Origin: Camelus dromedarius
Lineage: Eukaryota
Direction of reading: 5' to 3'
DNA length: 64,000 bases
Assembly: GCF_036321535.1 (NCBI RefSeq)
Contig: NC_087437.1
Span: forward strand, 40,240,001-40,304,000
The translations under genes and the position numbers were made by a program. The notes under the pieces are model-generated. The model was given only the letters and a program-made list of their open reading frames with translations, did not search any database and was not told the DNA's origin. Positions 1 to 12,453 of the stretch are shown here, in pieces (the first letter of the stretch is position 1; each line of letters opens with the position of its first letter).

Positions 1-139
1 TGTTTCAGAGTGACTCACATTTTCAGTGTTGCTTGTTAAAGGGAAATGCATTTTTCTTTCTCTTCAAAACTGACTTCATTAAAATATTTGTCCACAGAAC
101 TTACATTATTAAAACTTTTCTTTCTCCACAAAACTTTCT

Positions 140-650
140 TCGTTAAAAGGCATGACACGTGCTACAACATAAATGAAACTTGTGGACATAAGAGAAAAAA
201 AGCCATCACAAAAAGACAAATACTCTGATTCCACTTACTTAAGGTATATGAAGTAGTCAAATTCACAGAAACAGGTAGTAGAACCATGGTTGCCAGAGGC
301 TGTGGTGGGGAGGAAATGGGGAGCTGCTGTCTAATGGGTACAGAGGTTTAGTTTAGGTTTTGGGGGGGCAGGATTAGAGGTAATTATGTTTATTGATTTA
401 ATTTTTTTTTTTTAATGGAGTACTGGGGATCGAAGCCAGGGCCTCATGCATGTTGGGCATGCATTCCACCACTTGAGCTATACCCTCCCCTCAGAGTTTT
501 AATTTTGTAAGATGAAAAAGTTCTGGAACTCTATTGCCCAACAATGTGACTATATTTCACACTACTGAACTGCATACTTAAAAATGGTTACGATGGTAAA
601 ATTTATGGTATGTGGGGTTTTTTTTTTACAACAATTAAAAATAAATATAT
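140..650 (+). mobile_element. L1MB-type 3' end (interrupted by SINE)
   Basis: Typical L1MB 3' UTR text: GATTCCACTTA...GTAGTCAAATTCACAGAAAC...CTGAACTGCATACTTAAAAATGGTTA. Confidence 0.8.
355..490 (-). mobile_element. Vic-1-type camelid SINE inserted in an old L1
   Basis: Reverse complement reads GGGGGAGGGTATAGCTCAAGTGG...GGCTTCGATCCCCAGTACTCCATT-A-rich-AATTACCTC. Degenerate TSD CAGAG(G/T)TTTA. Confidence 0.85.
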
Positions 651-1024
651 AAATATTTTTAAAATGTGATTCAGAAGGCAAGGACTCTAAATGTAAATAT
701 TTTTAGGAATACCTTAACCAAGTTCTGCTTTTATTTTTCTTCTTATGTATGTACATGTATACATGATTTTTGAAACTCCATGCCTAAACAGGTTTTAATA
801 AGAATAAATAAAAATTTTAGGTAATTTTAAAAAACCTACTTCAATCACTGAGTTGTAAAACATTCTGGTGGCATGCAGTCTTGTTACATGTCTGATGGGT
901 TTACTTCAGGCCTATTCAGAACCCTTGTCTTGAAAACATTAGAGTAGGTATATTTCTAGCATTTTAGTTAACATTACTATTCTCAGTTTATTTAAGCGGA
1001 AAAAGGATTTATCAAAAGGATGAC

Positions 1025-2740
1025 AAAACTTCTGTTAAAAAGATGGTAAAGGTAAAACGAAAGTGTTTATCGCCATGCCTTTTGAACCCCATTCAAACAA
1101 TTAAAGAATTGAAGGAAGAAACCACATCGTAAGTCTGTAAGGATAAAGAGAACTGGATAGATGCCAACAAAATTTTGGAATCTAGCAAGCATGAGGGTGT
1201 ATTTACCTGACTTTATATTCAAGTGCCTGCAAAGGTTGGGGGAACAACCTTTTCAAATTTCAAAATCCCCCCAAATTTAGGAAGTGAACCAGTAATTGTA
1301 CCAGGTAACTCTGAAGGAAGAGGTGGATATGGGTGGGTAGGGCTGAAGACAAGATGATTAGTTTAAAAGTGTAAGAAAATAAACTATTAAATTCCATTTC
1401 TCACCCCCAGGCAGACAGGAGACTTCCCTCGTCCCCACCCTAGAAAAAAAACAGAAAGTTTATTTTCAGGACAGATTGAAACACAGAGGATTTGGATTCA
1501 GAGACACTGGTCATGTTTGAGTGCCTTATTGGATAGGAAGGCTGAGTAAAATCTGTGTATCAAACCATGAGATCCCTCCCTAGCCCCTCTTCAGTTCCTC
1601 TGAGAACTTACTGGCAACCAAGCTTAATCACCCTCTTCCCCCACCCAATAGAGGTTTGTTGGAGGACACCTATCTGGGAAGCTGGCCAACCCAAGAGAAA
1701 AAACCAACAGGTATTGATTGTGTAGAGTCCCTCAGCTAGATGAATCTGTTGCTGCCCAAGCAGTTACAGAGAAGCCCACTGATTGACAGGTCCTATGTAT
1801 ATACACAGAGCTCCCAATGTAACGCCTAGTTCTGTATATGCTTAGAGGGCCAAAGATCTCAAGATAGCTGGAGAAAGACTCAGACATGAAAATGAGATGC
1901 ACAAACGGTAAGAAAAAAGGGAACTTGGAGAAAATAAGGACAATGTAAGGAGAAGAAAAGAATTTTTAAAATCACTAGTATACTTAGGGAGTTAAAAGAT
2001 GATGTATGGTGCGTGAACCAAGAATCAGAAGATGTAAGGAAACGGGAAATCCAGAGAACAAAGGAACTTCAGGAAATTAAAAATGTGACAATTCCTGTAC
2101 AAGATTAAAGTGGCAATCGTGCAGTTTTGAATCTACCTAATCCTCCAACAGTAACCAGCACCACAACAAATGCACAACAATTATCTACTATGAAAGTAGT
2201 AAGGTATCCTGTGAACTCCGAAATACAAGGGAAGGGCTGACTGACAGCAACGAGACCCACGTGGCATCAGCAAGTGGGCAGGAGGAAGCAGGAAGCAGGC
2301 GAAGGGTCTTCCGGCGGCACTGAACAGCAGCAAACTCAAAATCGAGCTCGCAAAGGTACTTAGCCTAAAATCTAAACATACTAAACTCAGTCTAGAAAGC
2401 TAATTGAGTGAGCTTTCTGGGGAACAGTGCCAGAGCTGGAAAGGGCTTCTAAGAGTGAAGGCAAAGGAAAGGTTAAATGGTGTGGGGCAGTCTGGGCCCT
2501 ACTAAATCTCAGAACTAACCAGCTGGTTCTCCTTTCCAGGACGAAGTCCCTTACGGAGAGAACCTTGCTGGCGGTAGGACCTAAATGGAGCTGCGCAGAG
2601 ACACTAAGAGCATACAAAGTGGGGGAAGGGGCAGAAAAGATAGTTTCAAAAAGCTCAAGGCAATATGGTTTAACTCTTTATAATAATAGCAAGGCCACTG
2701 AACTAGGAAGACAGTCCCCTGTACCCTCCTCCCCTGAGGT
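1025..2740 (+). mobile_element. Degraded HAL1/ancient L1 5'-ORF1 region
   Basis: A-rich, purine-biased + strand with HAL1-like text near 1850-2090 (CAGAGAACAAAGGAACTTCAGGAAATTAAAAATGTGA). Boundaries approximate. Confidence 0.5.
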
Positions 2741-2799
2741 GGACCATGTGGGCCTCCTCATAGAGCTGCCTGATGTATTCTCGCAAAACGGCTACTGAC

Positions 2800-3025
2800 C
2801 TGCCAGAGTACACGATTCAGAGCGAGAGCAAGGAGAGAGCTGTGGTGCCTGTGATGACCTCGTCACACAGCGTCCCTTCCACCATATTCTAGTTGTTGGA
2901 AGTGAGTCACTCAGTCCAGCATGTACACAAGGTGAGGGAAATCCCAGCCTACACGCCAGGTGAGGAAAAAGTTCAGCTCTTTGAAAGAAGGAGCATCAAA
3001 AAATGTGTGGATGTTTAAAAACTGC
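2800..3025 (-). mobile_element. MLT1-type MaLR LTR fragment
   Basis: GTCACACAGCGTCCCTTCCACCATATTCTA...GAAGTGAGTCACTCAGTCCAGC...CAAGG. Confidence 0.6.
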
Positions 3026-3109
3026 TCCATGATACGAAAAGAATTAGAGAGAAAATGAGAGATATGAAGATAGGCAAAGACAAACCGATACTTGTTTGTC
3101 AACAGTTTT

Positions 3110-3585
3110 GAGGGACTGCCAGACTGCCAAAAGGTAAATACAATCCAAATGTCCTTCAATTGATGGATGGATCAACAAAATGTGATTTCATACAATGGAA
3201 TATTATTTGGTCCTAAAAAAAGTACTTAACATATGCTAGAACATTGATGAACCTTGAAAATATTATGCCAAGTGCAGGAAGCCAGACACCAAAGACCATG
3301 TATAAATTTCCATTTGTATTAAATAGCCCAAATAGGCAAATATATATAGAAAGCAGACTAATGATTGCTTTAAGGCTAAGAGGGGCAAGGAAAAGCGGGA
3401 GTGTGGAAGGTGATAGTTAAAGGATAAGAGGTTTCTTTCTGATGTGATTAAAAGATCCTAAAATTGTTTGTAGTGAAGGTGGCACAACTTTGTGAATCTA
3501 CTGAAAACCAATGAATTGTACACAACAAATGAGTGAATTATAGTTTATGTGAATTTTGTCTCAATAAAGCTGTTATTAAAAAATG
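3110..3585 (+). mobile_element. L1MB7/8-like 3' end
   Basis: CAATCCAAATGTCC...GATGAACCTTGAAAATATTATGC...TCTCAATAAAGCTGTTATTAAAAAA. Confidence 0.75.
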
Positions 3586-3899
3586 AAGCTATTATTAACT
3601 ACAGAAAAAAATGTATAGACATTTTTGGCATACTTTATGGTGAAGCTGTGAACAGTTTTTACATAGCCATAACAATAAAACAGTAAATGTCATATTAAAC
3701 AAAACTCTGGAATAGCCGTATTAAAGGGCTGTGGAAAGGGGAAATTTGTAGAGATTTATAGAAATAAATTCTCATCTGCCCTACCAGAAAGACAATAGCT
3801 AATATCTAAAATTGAAAAACCAGTATAAGTGTATTATTCAGAAATACAGAGGTTAATAGTAGACAAAAGAATAAGAGTTGTTGCCTGAGCAACATCTTA

Positions 3900-4095
3900 C
3901 TTACTGTATTTAGGTTTCTCTCAGCTACTTCTTTGTCACATGATCCTGGACATCTGTAACCTGTAAGTCTCAGTCTCTTCTTCTGTAAAATAGAAGTAAT
4001 AATAATAATATATAATGCAGAGTATTTTGTGACGATTAGGTGAGATAATGCTTATAATAGAGCCCATCACATATCAAGAACTCAATAAATGTTAG
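3900..4095 (+). mobile_element. MIR SINE
   Basis: Core CTCAGTCTCTTCTTCTGTAAAATAG...GTGAGATAATGC...CTCAATAAATGTTAG. Confidence 0.7.
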
Positions 4096-7000
4096 ATTCT
4101 GGTGTCATCATGATCAGCATCACCACCAGGACTACTGGGTAGCTGATATTTACTCCAACATTTTCAACCGTTAGGGCTAATTGGATGCTCATGGGAAGAT
4201 CTAGCACTAGACAAGGAAAGTGGCACTTTAGATAAGGATAGGGTTTTGTTAGTGGATAGAGAGACCCCCGAATTGGAAAGCCCACCAAATGGGTGGGCAA
4301 GCACCCCCACCAAGATGTGTGGATCCTTGTCTGCCAACTGAGAAAGAATTCTCAATAGAGGCAGAGGGACAGAGTGGAAAAGAAGGCTGCTTTATTACTC
4401 AGAGAGAGAAGCCGGGTGGGGAAGCACAACAAGAAAACACTCGAGCGGGAAGATATCAGCCAGGTAGCTGGCCGAGACAGCTCTAGCCCCTAGTCAGTCT
4501 GCTGGGTCTTCTGTTGGGAGATTCTACCATTGTTAATCTTCATTCCGGTGGCGCCAATCACCTTCTATCACTGGCTCTTTCCTCCCATGGAGTTCAGCCC
4601 TAAAACAGAAACTTCGGCAGAGAAAACAGAACAAAGGACGAGATACTGAGGTCTGTCCTTGGGATTGATGCAGCAGTTGTGGAACACAAAACGTCCTGTT
4701 GTACGGCTGTGTCCTTGGAACCAAGGAGCCAGCTGCGGAGTAAAAGAAACAAACTTTTTTTAATAGCCCGGCACTTTCTTTCCCTTGTTATTAATCAGCC
4801 AGGGTCAGGATGCCTGCCTAATCACCTCTCTCAGTTTCAAAGAGCTGAAGTGAGAATTGGAAGACTTTTGAAAGCAGACAACTCACTTGGATTCTTTTGA
4901 TATGTGGTGTGATGAACATCATGAATTATATGCTCAGTATCTCTTTCAATCCCCTTCCAGCAGGTTTTCCCTACTGCAGAGACTACAGACTTCAAACACT
5001 TTTTCCCAGCCGCCCCTGAAGCTAGGTTCTGGATGTGATTTAAGTTCTGCTGATCCATTCTGTCTGTGCAAGCCTTGAATTTGCAACCGAGGTACGTGGG
5101 GGAAGAGGCAGGTCATGTGACATCCAATTTCCTGATTTGTGTTGTTTTGAGTCAGCAGTTGCAGCATCTGCTTCCAGTTGCAACAGGCAGAGGGCTCATT
5201 GTGACAGGGAAGCAGATTTCTTGGTGGCTCAGCAATATGGGGTGGCTTTGGGGTCTTCCTGGTAACCCAGCTCAGAATCCATTTCTCCATGATTCCATAA
5301 GAGACTCAGTACCTATAACAAATCCTTTTCTTCCGATCTAGCCAGAGCAGATCCTGGTCTCTTCTGAAGAATCTCACCCAATACTGTGGGATGGCAGAAG
5401 GTAGTGGTAGCCACTGGAGGAGTGGGAGACACTACTCACGGACCTCATGGCAGGGTTATCTGCTCAGTCTCTCAACGTGCTTAAATCCATCTCAGCAAGA
5501 AAGAACTCTTGCCACTTCACGAGGCTTGCTAGAGTAAGGAAAAATATGGTAGGAGGGTCATACACGACCCCTTAATTGTTTCAAGAATACCCAAATAAGT
5601 TTTAGAGTGAGAGACTGAAATCTTTAACAAAGCCCACAAGGCCCATACAATGTGGTTTCTACGTGTTTCATGAGCCTGGTGGACTCTGCCCTCACTTTCT
5701 CTTGTCTAATCAAGCTGGCCTTCTCTTCTTCAGATTCACAACTCCCTTCTCTCCCTCAGGACCCCAGTTGGGAATATTCTTTAACTGGTAACTCCTGCTT
5801 GTTGGTAATCAACCCTCCCTTTAGACCTCAGGATGTCCATGTAATGTGCTCTCCTGACATGTTCTATCTCCCTTTGTAATATGAGTCACAGCCAGAGTTA
5901 AATGCTGATTTATATAAATCAAAAATAAATGCCTGCTTTGTAGACAGGAAAATCCAGAGAGCAGAGACTGCTGTGTGCGCTGGCATATTCCCAGTGTCTA
6001 ACAGTGCTTTGCACATGCCTGGTGCTCAGTAAGTGTGGCTTCAGTGAATGCACTCCATCTTCCTGCTCCAGCTATGCTGCATCTCTGTCTGAATACCTGA
6101 TCCCATGATTGTTGCAGCAAAGGAAGACAGCTTGGAGACTTGGCCACCAGTTCTTAAACACTTCTGCTGGAGAATGACATGCGTCACTTCCATGAACATT
6201 TCATTGACCAAAGCAAGTCACACGGCCACCTACATTCACAGAGGTGATCGAGGAAGGGGAGGAGGCTGCAAATACTGGTCTGCTGCCACCCTCTACCCAA
6301 GAAGTGGATCTGAACATTAAGGTTAGGATGGAGAAAGTATTGGTTGTTCTATAACTCATGACTTGAGTTTTACTTCATAAAGCAAGTACATTGTATTCTT
6401 TGTTCTAAGGCATATTTCCCCCATTTCACTTTTATTGTCGTGTTCTCTACTGGCTAGTCTTATCTTGGCAGTCCTAAGCTTAGGACTTTACCAGAAATCT
6501 CCCTGCAAAAATGAACTTTAGGTCAATAGCGGAATTTGCTTACTCAAGCTGGCTCATCATCTATTCACTGCCTTAATGAGGACAAGCAGATTTAGTCCCT
6601 TTGTTACACGTGAACCCTGGATGTTCTGTTGTTCTCATTCATTTGCCTTGAAACTAGCTGCTCTTGGGAGTTTTGCAGAATGGGGCTGCATCAACAATCA
6701 ACCATGGATTTATTGAATATGTTACCCATAATTCCTCTACCTGGTATTGATAGGTTCAAAGAAACACAATTCATGACTTGTCCTCAAAGAACTAACTCTC
6801 CAGCTGAAGATACAAGATGTAAAAGATATAACCCCCAAAATATTACCTAAATTCATAGCTGTGTATGTTTAAATACAGAATCGGTAGTCGGGCAATGAAA
6901 GAATTTCAGAGACAAGAGCCTTCCACTTAAGTGGTGCGGCAGTCAGGGTCTCTGGAGGGTGTGGAAGGTGAGCTGGGCTTGCGGGGATGGGGTGTGGGTC

Positions 7001-7849
7001 TTCCTCCTAGGCCTGGGCTTCTCTAGGGAGAGTCTGGGAGAGGAAAAGGAGGAACAAGATCTGCAACAGCTGTGGAGGAGAGCGCACCCACTGTCAGTGG
7101 ATGTGGAGGAGATGCTGCCAGAGTGGCGGGGAGAAATACTGAAAGCAGGGCACTGAGCCCGACGGTGACCTCCCCTTGATCCAGTCATCTTAGGTATGAC
7201 TTTGAGTCTTCCCAGGTCACAATTGCACCTGGGATTCCAGAAATTCTACATCTTCTAGGAAGTCCAGCATTTGGATTAATTCCAGAATCCTACTCCATGT
7301 CAGAGATCTTTGTGAACTGGCATCCTCTAAGCCCACAGTTTGCTCCAGGCATAGCTGTGAGAGCCAGGCATGTGCAGCCCTAACTTGACAGAGAAGCCCT
7401 GCTTCTCTGCCCTGCCACCACCTGGAGGGATGCTGGAGGGAGCTGCCCAGACACTCTACTGTGGCCACAAGCCTGGAAGTGCCAGGGAGTTCACACCCGT
7501 GGACAAACTCTGGCCAGCCAAGGGGAACTTGGGAGTGTGCAGCAGATACGTGCTCCCCTCTCCTGTCCCTTGGGCTGACAATTGGGAAGGTGTTCTACAT
7601 TTTCTCAGGGGGTCCTCAGAGGGGAGTGAACCACCATGGACTGTGGGAGTAGCTTCCTCTTTAACACACTCTGGACTGGCTTTTCTTCCTTTTCTGTTTC
7701 ACAGTTCCGGGTCCCCAGATAAGCAAGTCCGCATGCCCAAGTTAGCACACATCCCCAACCAAAGAAAACTGTTTAAACTTCTTTACTTCTTCATTAAACA
7801 TTTACTCCTTTGCTTTAGGGTTACTAATAAAAAAGTAAAAATTTAAAAA

Positions 7850-8570
7850 GGCTAACCCTCCTACACTGCTGGTGGGAATGTAGTTTGGCACAGCCATTAT
7901 GGAAGATAGTATGGAGATTCCTCAAAAAACTAAAAATAGACTTACCATATGACCCAGCAATCCCACTCCTGGGAATATATCTGGAGGGAACTCTAATTGG
8001 AAAAAATACATGCACCCTAATGTTCATAGCAGCACTATTTACAATAGCCAAGACATGGAAACAACCTAAATGTCCACTGACAGATGACTAGATAAAGAAG
8101 TTGTAGTATATTTGTACAGTGGAATACTACTCATCTATAAAAAAGAATAAAATATTGCCATTTGCAGCAACATGGATGGACCTGGAGATAGTCATTCTAA
8201 GAGAAGTAAGCCAGAAAGGGAAAGAAAAATACCATATGATACCACTCATATGTGAAATCTAAAAAAAAAAAGGCAAATGAACTTTTATTTACAAAACAGA
8301 AACAGACTCACAGACAGAAAATAAACTTACGGTTACTGGAGGGAAATGGTGTAGGGAGGGATAAATTGGGAGTTCTAGATTTGCAGATACTAACTAGATA
8401 AGTAAGTTTCTACTGTACAGCATGGGGAACTATATTCAATATCTTATAGTAACCTATAATGAAAAAGAATATGAAAACAAATATATATACGTATATGTAT
8501 GACTGAAACATGTTGCACACCAGAAATTGACATAATATTATAAACTGACCATACTTCAATTTAAAAAAAG
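7850..8570 (+). mobile_element. Artiodactyl-type L1, 5'-truncated (ORF2 C-terminus + 3' UTR)
   Basis: ORF 7885..8091 [30 protein letters not shown] is the L1 ORF2p C-terminus. A-rich end with flanking AAAAAG(G)CTAA repeats. Confidence 0.92.
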
Positions 8571-8930
8571 CTAATTCTTTGTATTTTGCTTTTATAATTT
8601 AATAAACTATTTTGGAGATCTTTTCATGTTAGGATGTAAATATCTATCCAATCTTTAAAATAACATTGACTCTATGGAATATCATGGTTTATGTAGTCAG
8701 TCCTCTATTCACTCTTCAGGTAAATGTTTTGATGGACATCTTTGTCTGTGTATGTGTCCTCTTTTCCCAAACTGCCCTAATCTTCCTTTCGATGTGATTT
8801 CTCCTGACCAAAATATTGGTAGGAATATTCTACCTGCATTTTATGAGGTTAGGCCAGGGCTGATAGACTTCAGGCAGTAAAGCTGAGCTGGTGGGGACTT
8901 TTGCAAGCCATACACATGTGCCTTTATACC

Positions 8931-9497
8931 TGTGAGAGTTTAGCTGTCTGAAAAGTTAGAAGAAGCAGAACACACAAGAGACTGCCTCCTTTCTGACATC
9001 AGTTGCAAGTTCAGAGGTTCAGACCATACTTAGGTTTGATAATTTGCCGGGAGAACTCACAGAACTGACTGAAAGCTGTTATGATTATGCTTTAATACAG
9101 CTAAAGGATACAGATTAGATTCAGGCAGAGAACAAAATATACAGGGCAGAGTTCAAGAGAGTACGGAAGGCAGAATTTCTGTTTCCTCTCCCCATGGAGT
9201 CATGACACTGTCACTTTCTTGGCACTGATATGTGACAAAATGCATTGAGTGTCCCCAACCAAGGAAGCCAAGCCTAGGTAGGTATTTGCCCAAGCCTAGG
9301 GGCCCAGTCTTTATCTAGTGGGTAAAGGTTCCAGCCCTTCAGGAGGTCCACTGATACAGCCTCAAACCCCCCACCCTACATCATTGGTGACTATCTGCTG
9401 GCCCAGGACCCCCAGGCTAACAAAAACTCTCCTGCCAGGAAGCTGAGGACAAGGCCAAGCCTCTTTTTGCAGTAAAAGTTAGACTCTTTACTACACA
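8931..9497 (-). mobile_element. MER21-like LTR
   Basis: GACATCAGTTGCAAGTTCAG...TTGATAATTTG...ACTCACAGAACT...AAGGATACAGATT..., ending TTTACTACACA. Confidence 0.7.
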
Positions 9498-10084
9498 ACA
9501 CCAAATGGAATTGATTCCTTTAGACTTTTCTAGAGAAACATCTAATTAACAATGTCTAATATTTTCCCCAAAGAAAGTTATTTAATCAAACTAAATGGAA
9601 TGACCATAAATTTGCTCAATAGCAAAAAGTGTTCTTGACAGCAATCAGCTCAACATGCGGGAAAGAGAAGACCGTGCCAGGACCCTGGTCAAATGGTCTC
9701 CCCAACCTCACTCCTAGCCTTAACATGCTTCCTGTGACAAACAGCAAACTGCACCAGACACATACCTTCTCCTCGGGCTGGAGACTCTGAAGGGAAATAA
9801 AATCCTTATGTTTATGAATCGTTTACACTTTAACTTGTTAAATTTCACAGTGGAAATTCTTTGGTTCTCTCCTTCTTTAAATCTTGGGGGCTGGTAGGGG
9901 ATAGTATACAGAAATTTATACTACTAGGTATTTAAGACATTTAACATAAGCACAAACCTAGTTTTGGGCCAGGAAATTGTCAATAATAATTTTGGCTTTA
10001 ATAATACTCCATGGACCATACTCTTCCAGACCTTGAGTATTCAGGTCACACCAGATCCACAAAGCTGCCTGGGGCAACCCCTGA

Positions 10085-10445
10085 CTGGAGGTTTGGGCTG
10101 CTCTAACAGAATACTATTGCCTGGGTGTCTTATAAACACAGAAATTCATTTGTCAGTTCTACAGGCTGGGGAGTCCAAAATCAAGGTACCAGCAGATTCA
10201 ATGTCTGGTGAGGGCCTGCTCCCGGGTTCGGAGACAGCCATCTGGATCTCACTATGTCCTCAAATGGCAGAAGGGGTGAGGGAGCTCTTGGGGGTCTCTT
10301 TTCAAAGGGCACTAATCCCATTCATGAGAGCTCCACCCTCAGAACCTAATCACCTCCCAAACTCCCCACCTCCAAATACTATCACACTGGGAATTCAGTT
10401 TCAACCTATGAATTCTGGGGGGACACAAACATTCAGCCTAGAGCA
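10085..10445 (-). mobile_element. MLT1A-type MaLR LTR
   Basis: GGCTGCTCTAACAGAATAC...AAGGGCACTAATCCCATTCATGAG...GGGGGGACACAAACATTCAG. Explains ORF 9964..10503. Confidence 0.85.
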
Positions 10446-11792
10446 GAAGGGATCTCTCAGGCTTTTGAATATTTTGCCACACTTCTGCTCTGATCTAATA
10501 TGATAATAATAATGCAATATAATAATAATAATAATAAATACTGTATCTGCTGCATCTCTGTTCTGATCTAATATTACCTTGTGTGTTTATCTCTGCAACT
10601 AGAGTGTAAAACTCCAGCACAGAAGGGCACCTCATACCTTGGTATATAGTGCACATTGCCCAGCACAGCGCACTTTGATGATAACTGCTGATGGAACACA
10701 TAGTGGGTCTTCAATAAACATTTGTTGATAATAAAACAACTTATATTTTTGTAGGTTCTTTTGCAGTATTTATTTATTGGATCCCCACAGGGCATATTGT
10801 TACTTTGCTCTAAATTTAGACAACAAGCTCCTTGACTCTCCTCTCCCCCTTCTTGGGTACCACTAGTTCCAGTAAAGCCCTCAAGAAGAGCATTCCATAC
10901 CTATGAATCACATATCTTCTGCACTACACTGACAGGGTGATAGTAAACATGATTAAACGGAAACAGAAACAACGTGAAAGAACTCCTGGAGTGTGGGAAA
11001 GGAGGGATTTTACCATTGGGATTTAGCTCTGGTTTTTAACGTATTTTCTTCCCTCACTGAGAAAGTATGTAATTAACCTCAAGAACCAATGCACAAACAA
11101 AACCTACTGACTTTTTCGTTCCTTAAATAGGCTTTATGTGTTCTATTAAATGAAGCTAGACCTTTTCTGGACTGCAATTACCACCAGTTCCCAAACTCTG
11201 TGGTGAGAAACAGTATCGTTTACACACAATACCGGGTTTCTGCACATAATTACATGAAATTAACGCACTGTTTTGGGCATGACTGAATGAAGACCATGTT
11301 CTGCCCTAAACGAACCCTTAATGATTAGCTGCTGTTGTCTAGGAAAACAGTGGAAACTTTGTTGTTAATTCAAGAAAAACGTGGTCAGGGGACTATTCCC
11401 TTGATTGCTAATGTGACACCTAGTGTTTTGGGGTCAATTTTCAGAGTAATTTGTCCTTAATAAAAGTTTTTTAAAATCCAGTTTTAAATATATTCTTAAG
11501 GCTTTGGGGACAAATGTTAATTATATATATAAACATTCCTTGTAATCTTTGGCCTCATATCCTTTTTCCCCAGCATTACTGAAGCTCCGGTTGTTTTATC
11601 GGGTAAATAGTCTGTAAAACAGGGAGGGTTGTTGACTCTCTTTCAATGGTACTCTTGTAAAACAGGGTAGTGTGTCAGGTGCATGCTGTGACTTGAGTCT
11701 GGTCCTACTGACATGGGCTGAAGGTCTCTCCCAGAGAAGAGATTTGGGGCAGATAAAAGCCCTCTCTCACTAAGATCCTTGAAGTACAAACA

Positions 11793-12230
11793 GTTCTCAC
11801 TCTAACAATGCTAAGATGTTATTTGCCTTGTTTACTCCCATACTCTCATGACTGTACTTGACATGTGGAGTTTTCCAGAGGCTACAGGACATGTGATGTC
11901 ACAAGAGATTAAATGAAGAAGCAGGAGAATCCAGCTGTCTTTTTCCAAGCCAGACATTACAGAGATTGATAAAAATGCAAAACAATGACATTCTTCTCAC
12001 TAAATGTTTTTGAAAATGAATTTTTTTAATAAAAATATGTTACTTCTATTAACATGCAATGGGTTTATTATTTTTTAAATGAATTTATAAATACTTTTTA
12101 AATTCTGTTTTAATTTCTAACACAATAAATATTGACATACATTCCCATTAGAACAAGTGTTTTTTTACGGTACCCAATGTATTTTAAGAGCAAAATGGAT
12201 CCTGACGCCAGAAAAGTTTGAGAATCACTG
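11793..12230 (+). mobile_element. Charlie1-type hAT transposon 3' end
   Basis: GGAGTTTTCCAGAGGCTAC...GAGAATCCAGCTGTCTT...AAGCCAGACATTA..., with terminal AAAAGTTTGAGAATCACTG. Confidence 0.75.
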
Positions 12231-12453
12231 GTGTAAGAGAAACAACTTTGAACTGAGATATCCCTGCTACTTACTAGCCACATTTCCACGTGTCCCACCT
12301 CGAAGAGTGTGCCCCCACGCACGCGCGCACACACACTTACACACCAATCAAGCTTTTTCTCATCTCCCCTTAAGGAAAGAAAAACCCAGTTTAATTCAAT
12401 AAGTAAATATGAAGTGACTCAAGAAAGCAATTAAAGGAAATAATTCCCACAAC

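Larger units (their letters stand above)
792..7153 (+). pseudogene. Putative decayed multi-exon gene of unknown identity (candidate exons 792-947, 4175-4739, 4835-5091, 5342-5533, 6458-6521, 7011-7153+)
   Basis: AG/GT-bounded segments splice into one frame (one +1 shift at 5025) giving protein-like text with scattered stops. Ancient repeats fall between the segments. Inference only; no homologue recognised. Confidence 0.45.

Noticed and set aside
4533..5528. Alternative minus-strand spliced ORF (5058-4887 joined to 4732-4533, 123 aa; extra 89-bp exon 5528-5440)
   Set aside because: Splice sites look plausible, but the peptide is unrecognisable and overlaps the longer, more protein-like + strand model. 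It shows how easily chance exons arise, so it also tempers confidence in both pseudogene calls.
9964..10503. 179-aa ORF
   Set aside because: Mostly antisense MLT1A LTR sequence.
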